A stretch of DNA of 64,000 nt from Octopus sinensis (GCF_006345805.1 NC_042997.1:45570001-45634000); one strand, 5' to 3'. Counted from the first letter of the stretch, positions 39,109-53,787 are shown. The notes: generated from the sequence alone by a model not told the origin. Made by a program: numbers and translations.

Positions 39109-40500
39109 TGCGTTTCCTGGAGGTGGCTCCATTGCCACAATGCCTGTTTTCTGTCTTTTAGGAAGTTGTGCAGCCACTTCCAAGGTTTCCCGCCTATGCC
39201 GAGACCACGCAGTTGTGACAGATCATACCATGGTCGACTTTATCAAAGGTTTTTGCAAAGTCAAGATATATTACATCCACATTTGAGCCATTTAGTAGCT
39301 GTTCAACACCCAGTCATAGTGTTGCAGGAGCTGTGTTAGGCAGCTCTACTGGTCGAAATCCATCTGCGGGTGTCAGACAGTAAGTCATTTTCTTCAAGGA
39401 ACATGATTAGTTTCTTACGGACTATTCGTTCCATGACTTGCTGATGTGTGAGGTCAGAGGATAGGCCTATAATTTTTAGATCTGCTCTGCTACCTCCCTT
39501 ATGGATAGGGCATATTACCCCCTCTTTCAGTTTGACTGGGAGCTTACCACTTGCAAGAAAGCTCTGAAAAAGAAGCTGTAGCGGTTTTGCAAGGGCTCGT
39601 TTGCACGATTGTGAGAAGGATCGATGGGAATCCATCAGGTCCAGCAGCTGAGTTTGTGTCAATCTATCATGGCTAGTTGTGATATCATCTTCTTCGATGT
39701 TGATGGACTCAATTTTTGTCTCTTTGGTCGCTGGTTAAAGTGGCAAAGAATTCTTCTGGGTTGTTTACTTGCCTGTGTCCTAAAGGTGTAGTGAACACAC
39801 TTTGGAAATGTTCATTCAGTATTTCACTTATCCTCGTGGGATTTCTGTGAGAGAGCCATCTTTTGGAAGAGAGGTCCTATTCTCTGGTGCACTGTGGTGT
39901 CTCTTTGGCAAACTTAAAGAAAGCTTTAGGGTTTGATTTTATATTTTCTATTCCCAAGCTTCTTTATCTGCCCTCTCCTTTTCATGGGACTGATGTAGAC
40001 ATTTCTCAGTTTCCATTAGCATTTCTTTCGAGCCGAGACTTCTCACCACTTTGGTGTGCTTGCTTCAGGCGGTTTGCAATCCTTGTCCGTCGTCTCATAA
40101 GAATCCTCCTTCTCTAGGGATCTGTTTTGTTCTTGTGTGTGCTGCCCTGCACATTGGGACATATTTGTCACATATGGCTGGTATTATGGACATGAAGTGT
40201 TTGTGTTTCATGTTTATGTCCGGTGTGGAGAGACATTCAGGCCAATCCGTTGAGGATCTCTTTATCAATCGACTTCCAGTTGGCTTTATGAAAGTTTAAG
40301 TTGGAGAGATGGTGGGTGCTTCGTATAGGCTGTGTGTCTGCGGGGGCTTTTGTTCCATACATAGATAGCTCTATTATGTTGTGATCCGAGATCATTGTCG
40401 GCATCACTTAACATTATGGATAATATCCATATTGTTTGTAAAGCAGAGATCCAGTATATTATCTGCCCTTGTTGGTTGCAGAACTATTTGCTCCATGAAA
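39109..40500 (-). mobile_element. CR1-clade LINE ORF2 remnant (APE C-terminus + RT)
   Basis: QPTRADNILDLCFTNN..SDHNII; PIHKGGSR; VMERIVRKKL; CLTQLL; VDVIYLDFAKTFDKVDH, all frameshifted. Confidence 0.9.
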
Positions 40501-40643
40501 GAGGATTTGTGAGATGGAGCAGGGACTCCACCTGTGCCTGCTGATGGTGTGTCATCCCTGGGAGCATCTGCCCCAGGCATTCCACATTGGGAGGTTAAAG
40601 TCACCATGAAGAATACACTGTTGTGCTGTTCAAGGTTGGGTAT

Positions 40644-40681
<38 letters not shown>

Positions 40682-41084
40682 ACAATCTTACTTAGAAATA
40701 GATGCGTGCGTTCCGTCATATAATAAATCAATAAATAAATAAAGTATATGCATATATACATACATATATGTACGTACCTACCTCTACATGTATATATACG
40801 TGCATATATGGGTACAGGAGACCAAAACAATGTCGAACACAATAAGAAACGAAAACATAAAAAACAAAACCAAGGAACTGGACATTTTTCTTAAACAGCG
40901 AAAAAATAGAGTACAGGACATAAAAAATAAGGAAAATTCCCCTTCTTCAGTCGCCTTTGTTTCATCTACTCCACGTTTCGAAGGTCGTTTGAAAAGATTT
41001 GTAGAAGTAACACACGAGTAAGTAGATATTTATGAAAACAAACGAAACTTCTACTTTCTTAAAATTAGGTAAAATTTAATTTTC

Positions 41085-41126
41085 CTTTTACATGTTTCGA
41101 TTTTTTAAAAAAAACCTTATCAAAAA
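41085..41126 (-). ncRNA. Degenerate hammerhead motif
   Basis: Minus strand: ttt-TTGATAA-gg tttt..aaaaatc-GAA-ACATGT-A-aaa. Confidence 0.4.
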
Positions 41127-42053
41127 TATGTACCAAAATGGAATATGTAAAGAGAAAAGAACTATTAAAAAATTTAATGAAAATTAAGATCAACATTCAT
41201 AGTTTACTTTCCTTTTCCTGCCAGGACACGTGATAATATCCTTTGGTTCCAGTAGCATGACAAGTTCCGCTGACTGTGACCTCAAATTACTATCTGTCTT
41301 TGTAAATTGAATAGCGTGGTCAAGACTTGTTTTCTTAGGAGTGGCTGTAGCCGTCGGATAACTAGCAGCAGTAATAATAATAGTCGTGGTGGTGAAGTTG
41401 TTCTGCCTGTGGTTTTTAATAGAAATAAGGTTCTTCGATCCCTTGTCTTTATTTCTTATACACACATATATATACACACACTCTCCCCCGTATACACATA
41501 TACACACATATATATATACACATAGAGATACATACATATACTCATATATATATATACATATGCATACACACACGCATATATATACATGCACACACATACA
41601 CACATGCATGTACTTACATCAGTACACACACACACACACAAACACACACAAACACACACACACATATATACACCATATACAAACGGATTTCCTGAAAGCA
41701 AAGTAAAACTAAACTTGTATAAGGAGTTGAAATCTGATCAACGAACCCCGAGTAGTCTACTCAAACATAAATTATTGGGAGCCCATTTCCTTAGCGAGGT
41801 GAGTGATATTTGAAAAGCAAACCTGGAGTCGACTACTTATTCGTTTAAGTACTGGGGGAACGTGTAGAAACGGTTCGTTGAAAGAACAAATCGTATAGCA
41901 AACAGTTTTCGTGAAGAAAATCGCACTCAGCCAACCTGCTGACGAATAGAATACGCATGCGTATAAGTGGCTGGGAGTGCTTGTTCAAACGGTTCTTGAG
42001 CATTTCATATGGCTATGTAGAAAATAACATATCTCTTGCTTAAAACATAAATG

Positions 42054-42435
42054 TGGAAGCACTCCGTCGGTTGCGACGACGAGGGTTCCGGTTGATCCGA
42101 TCAACGGAACAGCCTGCTCGTGAAATTAACGTGAAGGTGACTGAGCACTCCACAGACACGTGCACCCTTAACGTAGTTCTCGGGGATATTCAGCGTGAAC
42201 CGAGAGTGACAAGGCCGGCCCCCTTTGAAATACAGGGACACAGAAACAGGAAGTAAGAGTGAGAGAAAGTTGTGGTGAAGAGTACAGCAGGGATCACCAC
42301 CATCCCCTGCCAGAGCCTCGTGGAGCTTTTAGGTTTTAGCTATCAATAAACACTCACAACGCCCGGTCTGGAATCGAAACCGCGATCCTATGACCGCGAG
42401 TCCGCTGCCCTAACCACTGGGCCATTGCGCCTCCA
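42054..42435 (-). mobile_element. Young tRNA-derived SINE (family 3) with TSD
   Basis: TSD taaaacataaat at 42041-42052 and 42437-42448. Confidence 0.92.
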
Positions 42436-42799
42436 CTAAAACATAAATAAGGATCGACAGTAGCAAGATGCACAGAAATACTCACTCACGAAGGCACTCA
42501 CCCCCACACACATACGTACATATTAATACATATACGTATATACATATTTATGCATTTGCTATTGATGCACGAATAAAACACCACTGTATGCTTTTATGTG
42601 GAGCTTGGGTGTGACCTGGAATGGGTTACACCTATTTATATGCATTTCAAATTACTCATGTAACGAACAGTTTGGCTAACGACCACCACGTCTCCGGATG
42701 GGGTATGTTCGTATATTAAGACCCCATTGTGTATGTGTGTATACATACCTACCTACATGTAACTATGTATAAATGTATGTATACATGCAAACACATACG

Positions 42800-43685
42800 C
42801 ACGTGGTCTGAACAATAAGTATTCGGACTGTTGCCATAGTTACGAAGCTAAAGCACGAAGAGTGAAGCTGCTTGGTACAGATTGACTTTGAACTCTGCTG
42901 TGCATGCGCAATAAGTTTTGACGTTCTAGCTCACTTCCGCTGTTTACAGCAGTGCTTGGAAGGAAGGTGTGTAGCGCATGATCGTTGCATTGACCATGAC
43001 AGAGAAAGTTGAGCAGACGATCTCCACCAAATTTTGCCGAAAGCTTGGCGATACCTGCTCAGAAACCTACGCGAAGTTTCAAAAAGTTTTCATCGTACGC
43101 AATACAATGAAGGAGATCCTCTGCAACTGAAACCCCGAGTGTCTTTTTGGTCAGCTGAAAGCAGTTTTGGCACAAACTTGGCAGACACACGTCTCATACC
43201 CAAAATCATCAGTGATAACGGACTGAACTGAACCGTAACTAATCTGCACATCCTCTGATAACTCACGGATGGTGATTCGACGATTTCCCTCACAGCTGCA
43301 CACACATCTCAGTTCTGCTAGTTGCAGGTCTCCCAGAACGTTCGTCAATATCGACATTTTTTCGGCCATCTTGGAAACGTTTGACCTACTCTTACACTTG
43401 TGTGCGGCTCATACACTCCCCTCCATACACTTTCTATAACTTTGCGTAGGTATCTGAACAGGTATCACCATGACAACTTTCTCTGTTATGATCAAAGCGA
43501 TGATCACATGCTACACACCTTCCTTCCAAGCAATGTTGTAAACAGCAGAAATGAGCTAGAATGTTAAAACTCAGTGCGCATGCACAGTAAAGTCCAAGGT
43601 CAAACTTTACCTAACGGCTTCGCACTGCGTGCTTTAGCTTCGTTGCTATGGCTACAGTCCATATACTTATTGATCAGACCTCGTG
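42800..43685. mobile_element. mariner derivative made of two inverted left ends
   Basis: TIR cacg(a/t)ggtctga.caataagtat at both ends; about 270 bp inverted repeat; minus-strand transposase N-terminus (RITIRELSEDVQISYGSV, MRRVSAKFVPKLLS). Confidence 0.85.
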
Positions 43686-43705
43686 TATGCATATATACAT
43701 ACGTA

Positions 43706-43738
<33 letters not shown>

Positions 43739-43762
43739 CACACATATATATATATATAAAAT

Positions 43763-43966
43763 GTGACCTCGTGTGTACCGTTGGCGAATTTTTTCCTCTG
43801 TCTTCCCTTCTCTGGATCTTTCCTTCTCCTATGTTTCCGACGAAGAGCTCCGCTCGAAACGTTAAACCCTCCTTCTTTCCTTCTTTCCTGAGCGTCCAAT
43901 AATACTATATTTGTTCCACGTCCTCGCGTTGTTGTGTTTTTTTTGTGCTTTCTTGTTTGGATTAAC
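43763..43966 (+). mobile_element. About 205-bp HHR-bearing element, copy 2 (HHR 43833-43867)
   Basis: gttt-CCGACGA-a-GAGC tcc GCTC-GAA-ACGT-T-aaac; (TA)n flanks. Confidence 0.8.
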
Positions 43967-43982
43967 TATATATATATATAAA

Positions 43983-44256
43983 AGGGGTAAAGACCCCCTT
44001 CGGTCATGAATGACCATGGGATTGCACCTAGAAAGTTACCCTCCTAGATACAAGTCTGGGCAAGGTTGTTTTTATGGAAGGCCAGCAGTCGCCCATGCAT
44101 ACCAGCCTCCCCTCTCCACGCCACCAGTGTTATCCAAGGGAAAGACAAAGGTCGATACAGCTTGGCACCAGTGACGTCGCAACTCATTTCTACAGCTGAG
44201 TGAACTGGAGCAACGTGAAATAAAGTGCCTTGCTCGAGAACACACACACGCAGCCG
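43983..44256 (-). mobile_element. 5'-truncated SINE-like repeat
   Basis: Reverse complement contains gagcaaggcactttatttcacgttgctccagttcactcagctg (SINE central-domain-like) and a LINE-like tail. Confidence 0.55.
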
Positions 44257-44511
44257 ATATATAATATATATATAATAATATATATATATATATTATATAT
44301 ATGAGGCTGATCTCCCTTACAGGCTAGCAAGGACACCGTGTGATGGTGTCGGCTCTTCTGGTGACGTCTATAGTCGCCTGGGGCTAAATGCATCAGTAAC
44401 ACCCACCACCACCCCGCCCTGTCCCTAGCCACATTCAGATGGCTGGTCCCGCTTATATTACAGAGCAGTTACTGTTTATACCTCGCTTAGAGATTTATTA
44501 TTGTTATATAT

Positions 44512-44574
<63 letters not shown>

Positions 44575-44711
44575 CATAATATATATATAATATATATATG
44601 TAATATATAAATGTATATGTATATGTATATATATATGTATATGTATATATATATATATGTATATGTATATGTATATACATATGTATATGTATATGTATAT
44701 ATATATATATG

Positions 44712-44755
<44 letters not shown>

Positions 44756-44884
44756 ATATATGTATATGTATATATATATATATGTATATGTATTATATAT
44801 ATATATATATATACATAACATATATATATATGTATATATATATATACATTCACACACACATATATATATGAATAAATACAAGGC

Positions 44885-45253
44885 ATAGGCGTGGATGTGT
44901 GGTAAGAAGCATGGTTCGGGTTTCAGTCCCACTGCGTGGCACCTCTTCTACTATAGCTTCGAAACTTGTGAGTGGAGGGAAGCTGAAAGAAGCCCGTCGA
45001 ATGTATATAAAAGTGTGTGTGTGCGTGTGTGCATGTCTTTGTGTACGTGTTTGTCCCTACCCATTCGCTTGACAACCGATGCTGGTGTGTTTACGTCCCA
45101 GTATATTAACGCTTCAGTAAAAGGGACCGATAGTATATGCACCGGGTTAACAAAAAAATATGTGTTTGGGTCGATACATTCGAGTAAAAATTCTTCAAAG
45201 CAGTGCCCTAGCTTGGCAGCAGTCTAATGACTGAAACTAGTAAATGATAAAAG

Positions 45254-45255
<2 letters not shown>
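44885..45255 (+). mobile_element. CORE-type tRNA-SINE (diverged)
   Basis: Homologous to 45983-46389. Confidence 0.8.
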
Positions 45256-45284
<29 letters not shown>

Positions 45285-45667
45285 TGTATGTATGTATGTA
45301 TGTATGTATGTATGTATATACATATATATATATAAAATAAATCAAAGAGAGGTGGTGACTAAAAACAAACCTATGTAGTTAATTTTTTTTTGTTGTGTTT
45401 TAAAAGATCAATATTTATTTTTAGTCTATGATTATAAGATTCTTTCGGCATATTATATCAAAGGAGGATACTGTTAAATGAAAGTAAATCAAAACATTAT
45501 AAAGTGTTTGTAGTTGTCAACAAGTTGTCTCCAGCAATGTACCTATAATTATTTAAATAACTACCTAAGAAACGACTTCTTTGTTAAACGTTCACTAACT
45601 CACTCCGCTTTATTTAATATTAACTTTAAAAAATAAAATAGTGACAATGAAGATGATAATAATAATA

Positions 45668-45742
<75 letters not shown>

Positions 45743-45982
45743 AGAAAGCGGAGGAACCATTTCCTTATTAGTCACAAGGGCTCGAAAGATAATGATGTAC
45801 GTTGAAGAGGAAGCTTGCAAAGGAGTAAGAGGTTAGCCAAATGACAAGATTATATTATAGAAAGATTGTGGGAGTGGATGAAAGACGTGATACAATATAT
45901 AATGGGACAAGTGAAACAATTTTTAGGAAATGCATAAATAATTACACAGAAATAAATAACGACGTAATAAAACAATAAAACA

Positions 45983-46389
45983 GGTGCAGGAGTGGCTGTG
46001 TGGTAAGTAGATTGCTTACCAACCACATGGTTCCGGGTTCAGTCCCACTGCGTGACACCTTGGGCAAGTGTCTTCTACTATAGCCCTAGGTCGACCAATG
46101 CTTTGTGAGTGGATTTGGTAGACGGAAACTGAAAGAAGCCTGTCGTATATATGTATATATATGTGTGTGTGTGAGTGTTTGTGTGTTTGTGTTTGTCCCC
46201 CTAGCATTGCTTGACAACCGATGCTGGTGTGTTTACGTCCCCGTCACTTAGCGGTTCGGCAAAACGAGACCGATAGAATAAGTACTGGGCTTACAAAGAA
46301 TAAGTTCCGGGGTCGATTTGCTCGACTAAAGGCGGTGCTCCAGCATGGCCGCAGTCAAATGACTGAAACAAGTAAAAGAGTAAAAGAGT
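45983..46389 (+). mobile_element. CORE-type tRNA-SINE, full length
   Basis: tRNA-like head, accttgggcaagtgtctt CORE-like block, central microsatellite, and tail ending (taaaagag)n. Confidence 0.92.
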
Positions 46390-46841
46390 ATAATAAAGTT
46401 ACTCTTTAAACAGAAAAATAAAACATAAAAACCCTCAATTTTTTTCTAGGATTCTCACCCACACAGGAGTGGGAACCTACTCGCCAGTTCGAATTACATC
46501 ATCTGTCAGTCCGCTTGCCATTTGTCGTACTAGAGCCTTTGTATCTAACGGTTCTCATTAATATTTTCTGCGGGAGTTAACCTAGGGTGCAACTTGTGTC
46601 TTCAGAAAACTCTTCTTTTAATGCATTATAATATTGCTTGTATTAAGATTCAACCATTAACAGGTTTCATAGATTTCGACTTGATCTCTTGAAAACTTTG
46701 TCAAATTTAAAAAAAATTCCTTCAGTGTAATGACAGTCAAAAGACAGTCAAAACTGCCGTTAATATGAAGTATTTCTCAAAGAGAATGGCCGAATTTGCC
46801 CCTCTTAATGGTTTTCAAATAAGGGCAGACAAATTGCTATC

Positions 46842-47067
46842 TTTTATTTTTTACTTGTTTCAGTCATGCGGTCATGCTGGGGTACCACCTTAAAGGGTTT
46901 GGTCGAACAAATCAACTCCACTACTTATTCATTTTTAAGCCTGGTACTTATTCTATCGGTCTCTTTTCTTTTTGTGCTGAACTGCGAAGTTACAAGGACA
47001 TAAACAAACCAACACAAAGTGTCAAGCGGTGAGGAGGTTAGAAACATACTACAAAGACACACACACA

Positions 47068-47103
<36 letters not shown>

Positions 47104-47490
47104 ATCCAAACAAGAAAGCACAAAAAAAACACAACAGCGCGAAGACGTGGAACAAATATAGTATTATTGGACGCTCAGGAAAGAAGGAAAGAAGGAGGGT
47201 TTAACGTTTCGAGCGGATCTCTTCGTCGAAACATAGGAGAAGGAAAGATCCAGAGAAGGGAAGACAGAGGGAAAAAATCGCCAACGCTACACAAGAGGTC
47301 ATATATATATACGACGGACTTCTTATAGGCTACGTCTACCAAATCCACTCACGAGGCTTTGGTTGGCCTTGTAGTAGAACACATTTGCTATCATAGAAGA
47401 GAGACACAAGGCCAAGGTGTTACGCAGTGGTACTGAAATCGGAACCAAGTGGTTAGAAAGCAAGCCTCTTACCACACAGCCACTCCTGCG
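46842..47490 (-). mobile_element. CORE-type SINE interrupted by HHR element copy 3
   Basis: SINE halves flank 47100-47301, which lies in the SINE's internal (TA)n. Confidence 0.85.
47100..47301 (-). mobile_element. About 205-bp HHR-bearing element, copy 3 (HHR mutated)
   Basis: Homologous to 20091-20298; stem II substitution and a 1-nt deletion near the core. Confidence 0.8.
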
Positions 47491-48354
47491 TCATGTTCAA
47501 TAAAAATGAAAATAATTTAAAAATTGTAGGTTTGCCAATCATCATGGCGAAGAAAGAATAATCATATAGATGTAAACTCTAATGTGTCTCATCATTCATA
47601 AGCAGGTGGAGGGGGTAAGCAATTCTCACTAGAAATGATTTCCGTGAACGGAGCCCGACATTAGTCAGTTTGACAACACTGCATTGTCTAACATTCTCTT
47701 ACATTTGTCTGCGAGCGAATATTGTTGTTATTACTGCTCTCGTTCAAAATATTTGCTTAAATGTTTGTAAAAGTTTCCTTTTCTTTTAAATGTTCATTTA
47801 AACGTTCATTAGTTTTTCTTTTTGTTGTAAGAGATCTGTTGTTAACATTATTTGTTTATTTTGTGCGATTTTGTATATTTTTTTTCTTTTTGAGTAGAGT
47901 AGTGTGGTTGTCTGTCAGACATTTTGATACGAAAATGTCATCAAAATGAGAAAGCAAATAAAATATAAAGCCTGTACAGACATATCTTTCTTTATGTATC
48001 TCCGGTTATCGGAGGAAGACCTTCACAGGTAATTAAAATCATTATTGGCAAGAAGCCCAAAGAAAGAATTTTCATTTGACGATACTTGAAATAATGTCGA
48101 GTCTCGGAACGAAGAAAAAAAATCTACATAAATGCTTAATCAGTCAATAACAATAATAATCTTTTCTACTAAAGGCACAAGGTCTGAAATTTTGGGGGCG
48201 GGGTACCCCAGTGTTTAACTGGTACTTTATTTTATCGACCTCGAAAGGATGAAAGGCAACGTCAACTTTGGTGGAATTTGAACAAAGAACCTAAAGACAG
48301 ACAAATTTCCGCTGATGAGAGAATGAATTCGCGTTGTGTATACTCAGAAGCCTG

Positions 48355-48355
<1 letters not shown>

Positions 48356-48444
<89 letters not shown>

Positions 48445-48471
48445 CTCTGTCTGTCTGTCTGTCTGCCTATA

Positions 48472-48528
<57 letters not shown>

Positions 48529-48670
48529 GTCTATCTATCGGTCCGTCCGTCCGCCGCTCCGTCCGTCCGTCTCCGTCTGTCTGTCTGTCTGCTTCTATCT
48601 ATCTATCTATCTATATATCTATCTATCTATCTGTCTGTCTGTCTGTGGTCTGTCTGTCTGTCTATATCTA

Positions 48671-48723
<53 letters not shown>

Positions 48724-48763
48724 ACTCTATATCTATCTATCTATCTGTCTGTCTGTCTGTCTG

Positions 48764-48805
<42 letters not shown>

Positions 48806-48906
48806 GTCTGTCTGTCTGTCTGTCTGTCTATTACTCTTCTATCTATCTACTATGTCTGTCTGTCTGTCTGTCTGTCTGTATGTATGTCTGTATGTCTGTC
48901 TGTCAG

Positions 48907-48974
<68 letters not shown>

Positions 48975-48975
48975 C
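48356..48975. repeat. (TATC)n/(TGTC)n microsatellite
   Basis: Direct inspection; explains the 242-313 aa pseudo-ORFs. Confidence 0.98.
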
Positions 48976-49456
48976 TTTTATACATACATACATACGTACA
49001 TACATACATACATACGTACGTATATATATATATATATATATATTTGTTTCGAATTTGTGTGAATAGAATAATATATTCGATAAAGTTAAAACAGTCTCGT
49101 CTTCACGTTTTTCATTTTGGTATTTTAAGAAAATTAGCGATTTCATACGTAGTGTACTTATCAGATTTCAAATGTGTTTCACTGACAGTTGAGTTCTTGA
49201 CAACTTCAGTATCTCTTAGAACGCTCCAGCCAGCTGAAGTTTTAAAATACCTTCTTGATCAATCCATATGCTCTTAAACATCACAGTTTGCCAGGTGTAC
49301 CGATATTCTCTAACTTATTAATCCACATCGCATGGTAAGTAGCTTGCTTACCAACCACATGGTTCCGGGTTCAGTCCCACTGCGTGGTATCTTGGGCAAG
49401 TGCCTTCTACTTTAGCCTCGAGCCGACCAAAGCCTTGTGAGTGGATATATAAATAT

Positions 49457-49494
<38 letters not shown>

Positions 49495-49618
49495 TAATAT
49501 ATATATATATATATATAAATAGATGAGTGTATTTTACCTTGTTAACAATTAACACGGATAAATGAATGAATACTTGTTTAAACCTGCGTGACTCCATTTT
49601 TTATTCCTATATATATAC

Positions 49619-49657
<39 letters not shown>

Positions 49658-49849
49658 GGACAGATTCCTTCAAGAAATCCCGGATAAACTCCTACACCCG
49701 GATATGTCTCTGTAAACAATAACTCTCTACTTGAGTGGGCCATAGTGCCCAAATTCTGACTTGAAAGACTTCACCAGGTGGGTGCTATTAAGTTAGACAT
49801 GGCCTGGGCCAATAATGGCCGAAACCTATCAAAGTATCAAAGTATCAAG

Positions 49850-49887
<38 letters not shown>

Positions 49888-49933
49888 TATAAATATATTA
49901 TATATTATGTATATGTATATATATATATATTAT

Positions 49934-49976
<43 letters not shown>

Positions 49977-49978
<2 letters not shown>

Positions 49979-50230
49979 GATCAAAAAAAAATAAAATAAA
50001 ATAAAAACATGAGGCGAAGGATTCAGCGGTACATATGTTCGGGCCTTTATTAGACAATACATAACAAATCAAATGTATGTCTGTGGCCTTCTTCAGCCGC
50101 TCACAACAGCTTCCACAAGGACATGTGTTAGTTCCGAAATTCTTGGCTGGGGATGCAAATCTTCTCGTTCCCGTACGACAAAATGCGGCAGCAGCATCGA
50201 ATTGAATCGTCCATCTCCTTCTTCTCTCAA
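49977..50230 (-). mobile_element. Further copy of the 28.5-kb HHR-bearing pLTR-like sequence (HHR 50026-50100)
   Basis: Homologous to 28463-28700; one A missing from GAAA. Confidence 0.8.
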
Positions 50231-51105
50231 TGTAGAATGAGGAAACTTGATGTTGAGGTAATGTAAATAAATAAATACGTATATAGAGGTGAAGATGGAG
50301 GGGCGAGAGGTCGGACGAGGGATAAAATAAAAATAAAATAATATAAAATAATGTATAATGTAGATGATAAAGATATAAAGAGTTTGTAAGGAGATGTAAA
50401 GGGGTATAAAGGCATAATGTTGTAAAGTAAAAATAGAAATGGAATAATAGTAAAAGAAGTAAAGGAACCTGATAAAAACATGATAAAAGTGTAAAAGAAT
50501 GTAGGGATAAGGGATGTATAGATGTCGCGGAACCCAGCATGGTGGTCAAGAGATTGATAAAACTTAGTTGTAGAACTGTCAGTAAATTAACGGTTTCGTC
50601 GTAAATCAGAGCTGATGAGAGTTTAATCTGGTTCCTTGAATTAAATGGACTTCCAGTACATACATATCATCATGGGTACATACACCCACATACACGCGTA
50701 CATATACGTCTCCAAGTCTATAGCAAACACACGCACTCGCGTGTTAACATGTACATAAACCCACACGCACCCACACGCATGCGCGCACCACACATACATA
50801 CAACAGAATATCCGCATATATGACGGACATACGCGCGTATATACGCTCACATGTACATACGTGCGCCCCTCACTACATACGTACACGTATATGCCCACGT
50901 TTCTAGGTCTAGGTATAAGATATAAAGGATGTGTATAAGAACGTATGTAAAGAATCCCCGTACTCATGTTAATACGCGCACGCACCACGGCTGTGTGTCC
51001 GTATGTGCGTGCACATATATACTCACATACGCACACAGAGACACACGCGCTCATGGGTATAGTCATAGATATCGAAGTATGCATGTACACATACGCGCGC
51101 GCAAA

Positions 51106-51152
<47 letters not shown>

Positions 51153-51170
51153 ATATGTATGTATATGTAT

Positions 51171-51216
<46 letters not shown>

Positions 51217-51276
51217 GTAATATATATATATATATTATATATAAATAATATATATATATTATAATATATATATATG

Positions 51277-51310
<34 letters not shown>

Positions 51311-51984
51311 CTGTGTGTGTGTGTGTGTGTGGTGTGTGTGTATGTTTGTGTGTCTGTGTTTGTCTCCCTAGCATTGCATGACAACTGATGCTGGTCATTA
51401 GCGGTTCGGAAAAAGAGACCGATAGAATAAGTACTAAGCTTACAAAGAATAAGTCCCGGGGTCGATTTGCTCGACTAAAGGCGGTGCTCCAGCACGGCCG
51501 CAGTCAAAGGACTGAAACAAGTATAAGATATATATATATATATATATATGTATATCTATATGTATATGTGTGTTGCTTTAAATAAGGAGTAGAAGGACAG
51601 CTGACAACTGATGAAGGGTCGTTTTTAATGTTACTTGTTTTGCTTTCCATTCTTTTTCTCGTTTTTTGCGTACCCGACGCTATTTTCGTATTTCATGTTG
51701 TTTACCTTTTGTGACGTCCTGCACCCATATATGCATACTTATATACATACACATGTATATATGTATATATGTGGTGTGCATATATATGCATATATATATA
51801 TTATTTATTTATATATATGTATGTATATATAGATATATGCATATATATATATGTATATATATATATGTATATATATATATATGTATTATATATGTTATAT
51901 AATATATACATATATATATATGTATACATATATATATATGTATATATATATATCTATATATATATATACATATATATATATATG

Positions 51985-52024
<40 letters not shown>

Positions 52025-52597
52025 TATATAGTATATATTATATATATATATTTACATATATATATATATATTTGCATATATACGTATATATATATATCTG
52101 CATATATATATATTTATGTATCAATATATATATATATATTAATGTGTATATATGTGTGTGTGTGCGTGTGTGAGTGTGTATGAATGTATGCAGGTGTATA
52201 TGTGTATCTAGGTATAATGTGTGTGAGTGTGTGTGCGTCCGTTTCTGTGTTTACATGTAACCGCTTAAAAACCGGTAGTATACTGACATAATGTCGGGAT
52301 GTCATGCTTGTGTGTCTCAATAAAAATATTTAAGAAAGATAGAACAATAAATACAGGGTGCGACAGAAAAACATCTCATATTATATATAGCTATTACTGT
52401 AGCAATAGCCATGTTACTCAGATTAAAACGGTATCTACATGGAGCTAATGTGTTGCCGTTTTTGGCTTTTACGATTTTAGTTGAGAAAGTTGCACACCGT
52501 GCGTTTGCTGTTGAAATACGTAGAATGGTGAATCTGAAGTTTTTCCGCACACTGCAAAGTAGGGTGGGTGGAGATAGATAGATAGATCGAGAGATAG

Positions 52598-52643
<46 letters not shown>

Positions 52644-53655
52644 CAAGGGAGAGGCGTTGTAAAGGAATTCGAATTCGGAGAGCTAGTGAGCCAAGGCGAA
52701 GAGGAGAGAGTCGAAGTTCCTTCCAAATTTGAATTTCTTTTTAGTAAAATAGCATTCTCAAAATAGGCGTTTCTGCAGAATATAATGCAGGTGTAAACAA
52801 CGTCTTCGATATTATAGTGAAATATTGTTGGATATCTCACGCCGCCATAATACTAGGCCGCTACATCTATGCATCAATCTTCCTCTTTTTTTTTTTAATT
52901 TCCTGAAACTTGTCGATTTAAGTGAATATTTGTAATATAGAATATGTTATGTGTACAGGAAAAAAATTTTATAATACATAATGTACAATTTATCTTACTA
53001 TCACGATAGGTAAGTATGTGTATGTTTGATTTCAGAGCGAAAATACCATCTGTTCACTTCTGTGTACGAGTTGTGTAAACGGAAAGAAACGGAGACAGAT
53101 ACTAAACAGCGAATCAGCAGAATCATTAGACCTCTCGATATATTATATTGCCATATATATTATATTTGTCTTGCCTCTCAATACTCTGACTTTAAATTCT
53201 GGAAAGGATAAACCTTGCCTTTTATTCTTACAGTCAAGTACTGAAGTCAATTCTTCTCTTGCTATTCATCTCTTAGAATCGGTAACCTAACGGCGTGAGA
53301 AGGAGGATTTGCGCGATGTTTGGTAGCTGGATATCTGTGTGGAACACTGGTATATTGTTTGCAGTAACATTATTGATACACTTCTTCAGAATTCATATCT
53401 ACCTATTTTATAGTAAGGATAGTATATATATATATATAGATAGATAGATACAGACACGCGCACACACACACGATTATATATATACCTCTCACACACACAA
53501 CACACATGCACACATATACAAGAACGTACATGCACTTTCACATGCACATAAATACACACACATAACACACATAAACACGTACACACACACACACACGCGC
53601 ACACACAGAGTTACTATCATTCATATATATACATATACATATATATAATATATAT

Positions 53656-53709
<54 letters not shown>

Positions 53710-53787
53710 ATAAAATATTAGGGAATAATCCAAATTTACAGGGAAAAAATCAGATTTAGGATTAAATCCAATTTTATAGTAAAATAT

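Noticed and set aside
38870-39339. ORFs spanning the N run
   Set aside because: Artefacts of the assembly gap.
45655-45745. Poly-Leu ORF 45626-45820 resembling a signal peptide
   Set aside because: Derived from (AAT)n/(AAG)n trinucleotide repeats.
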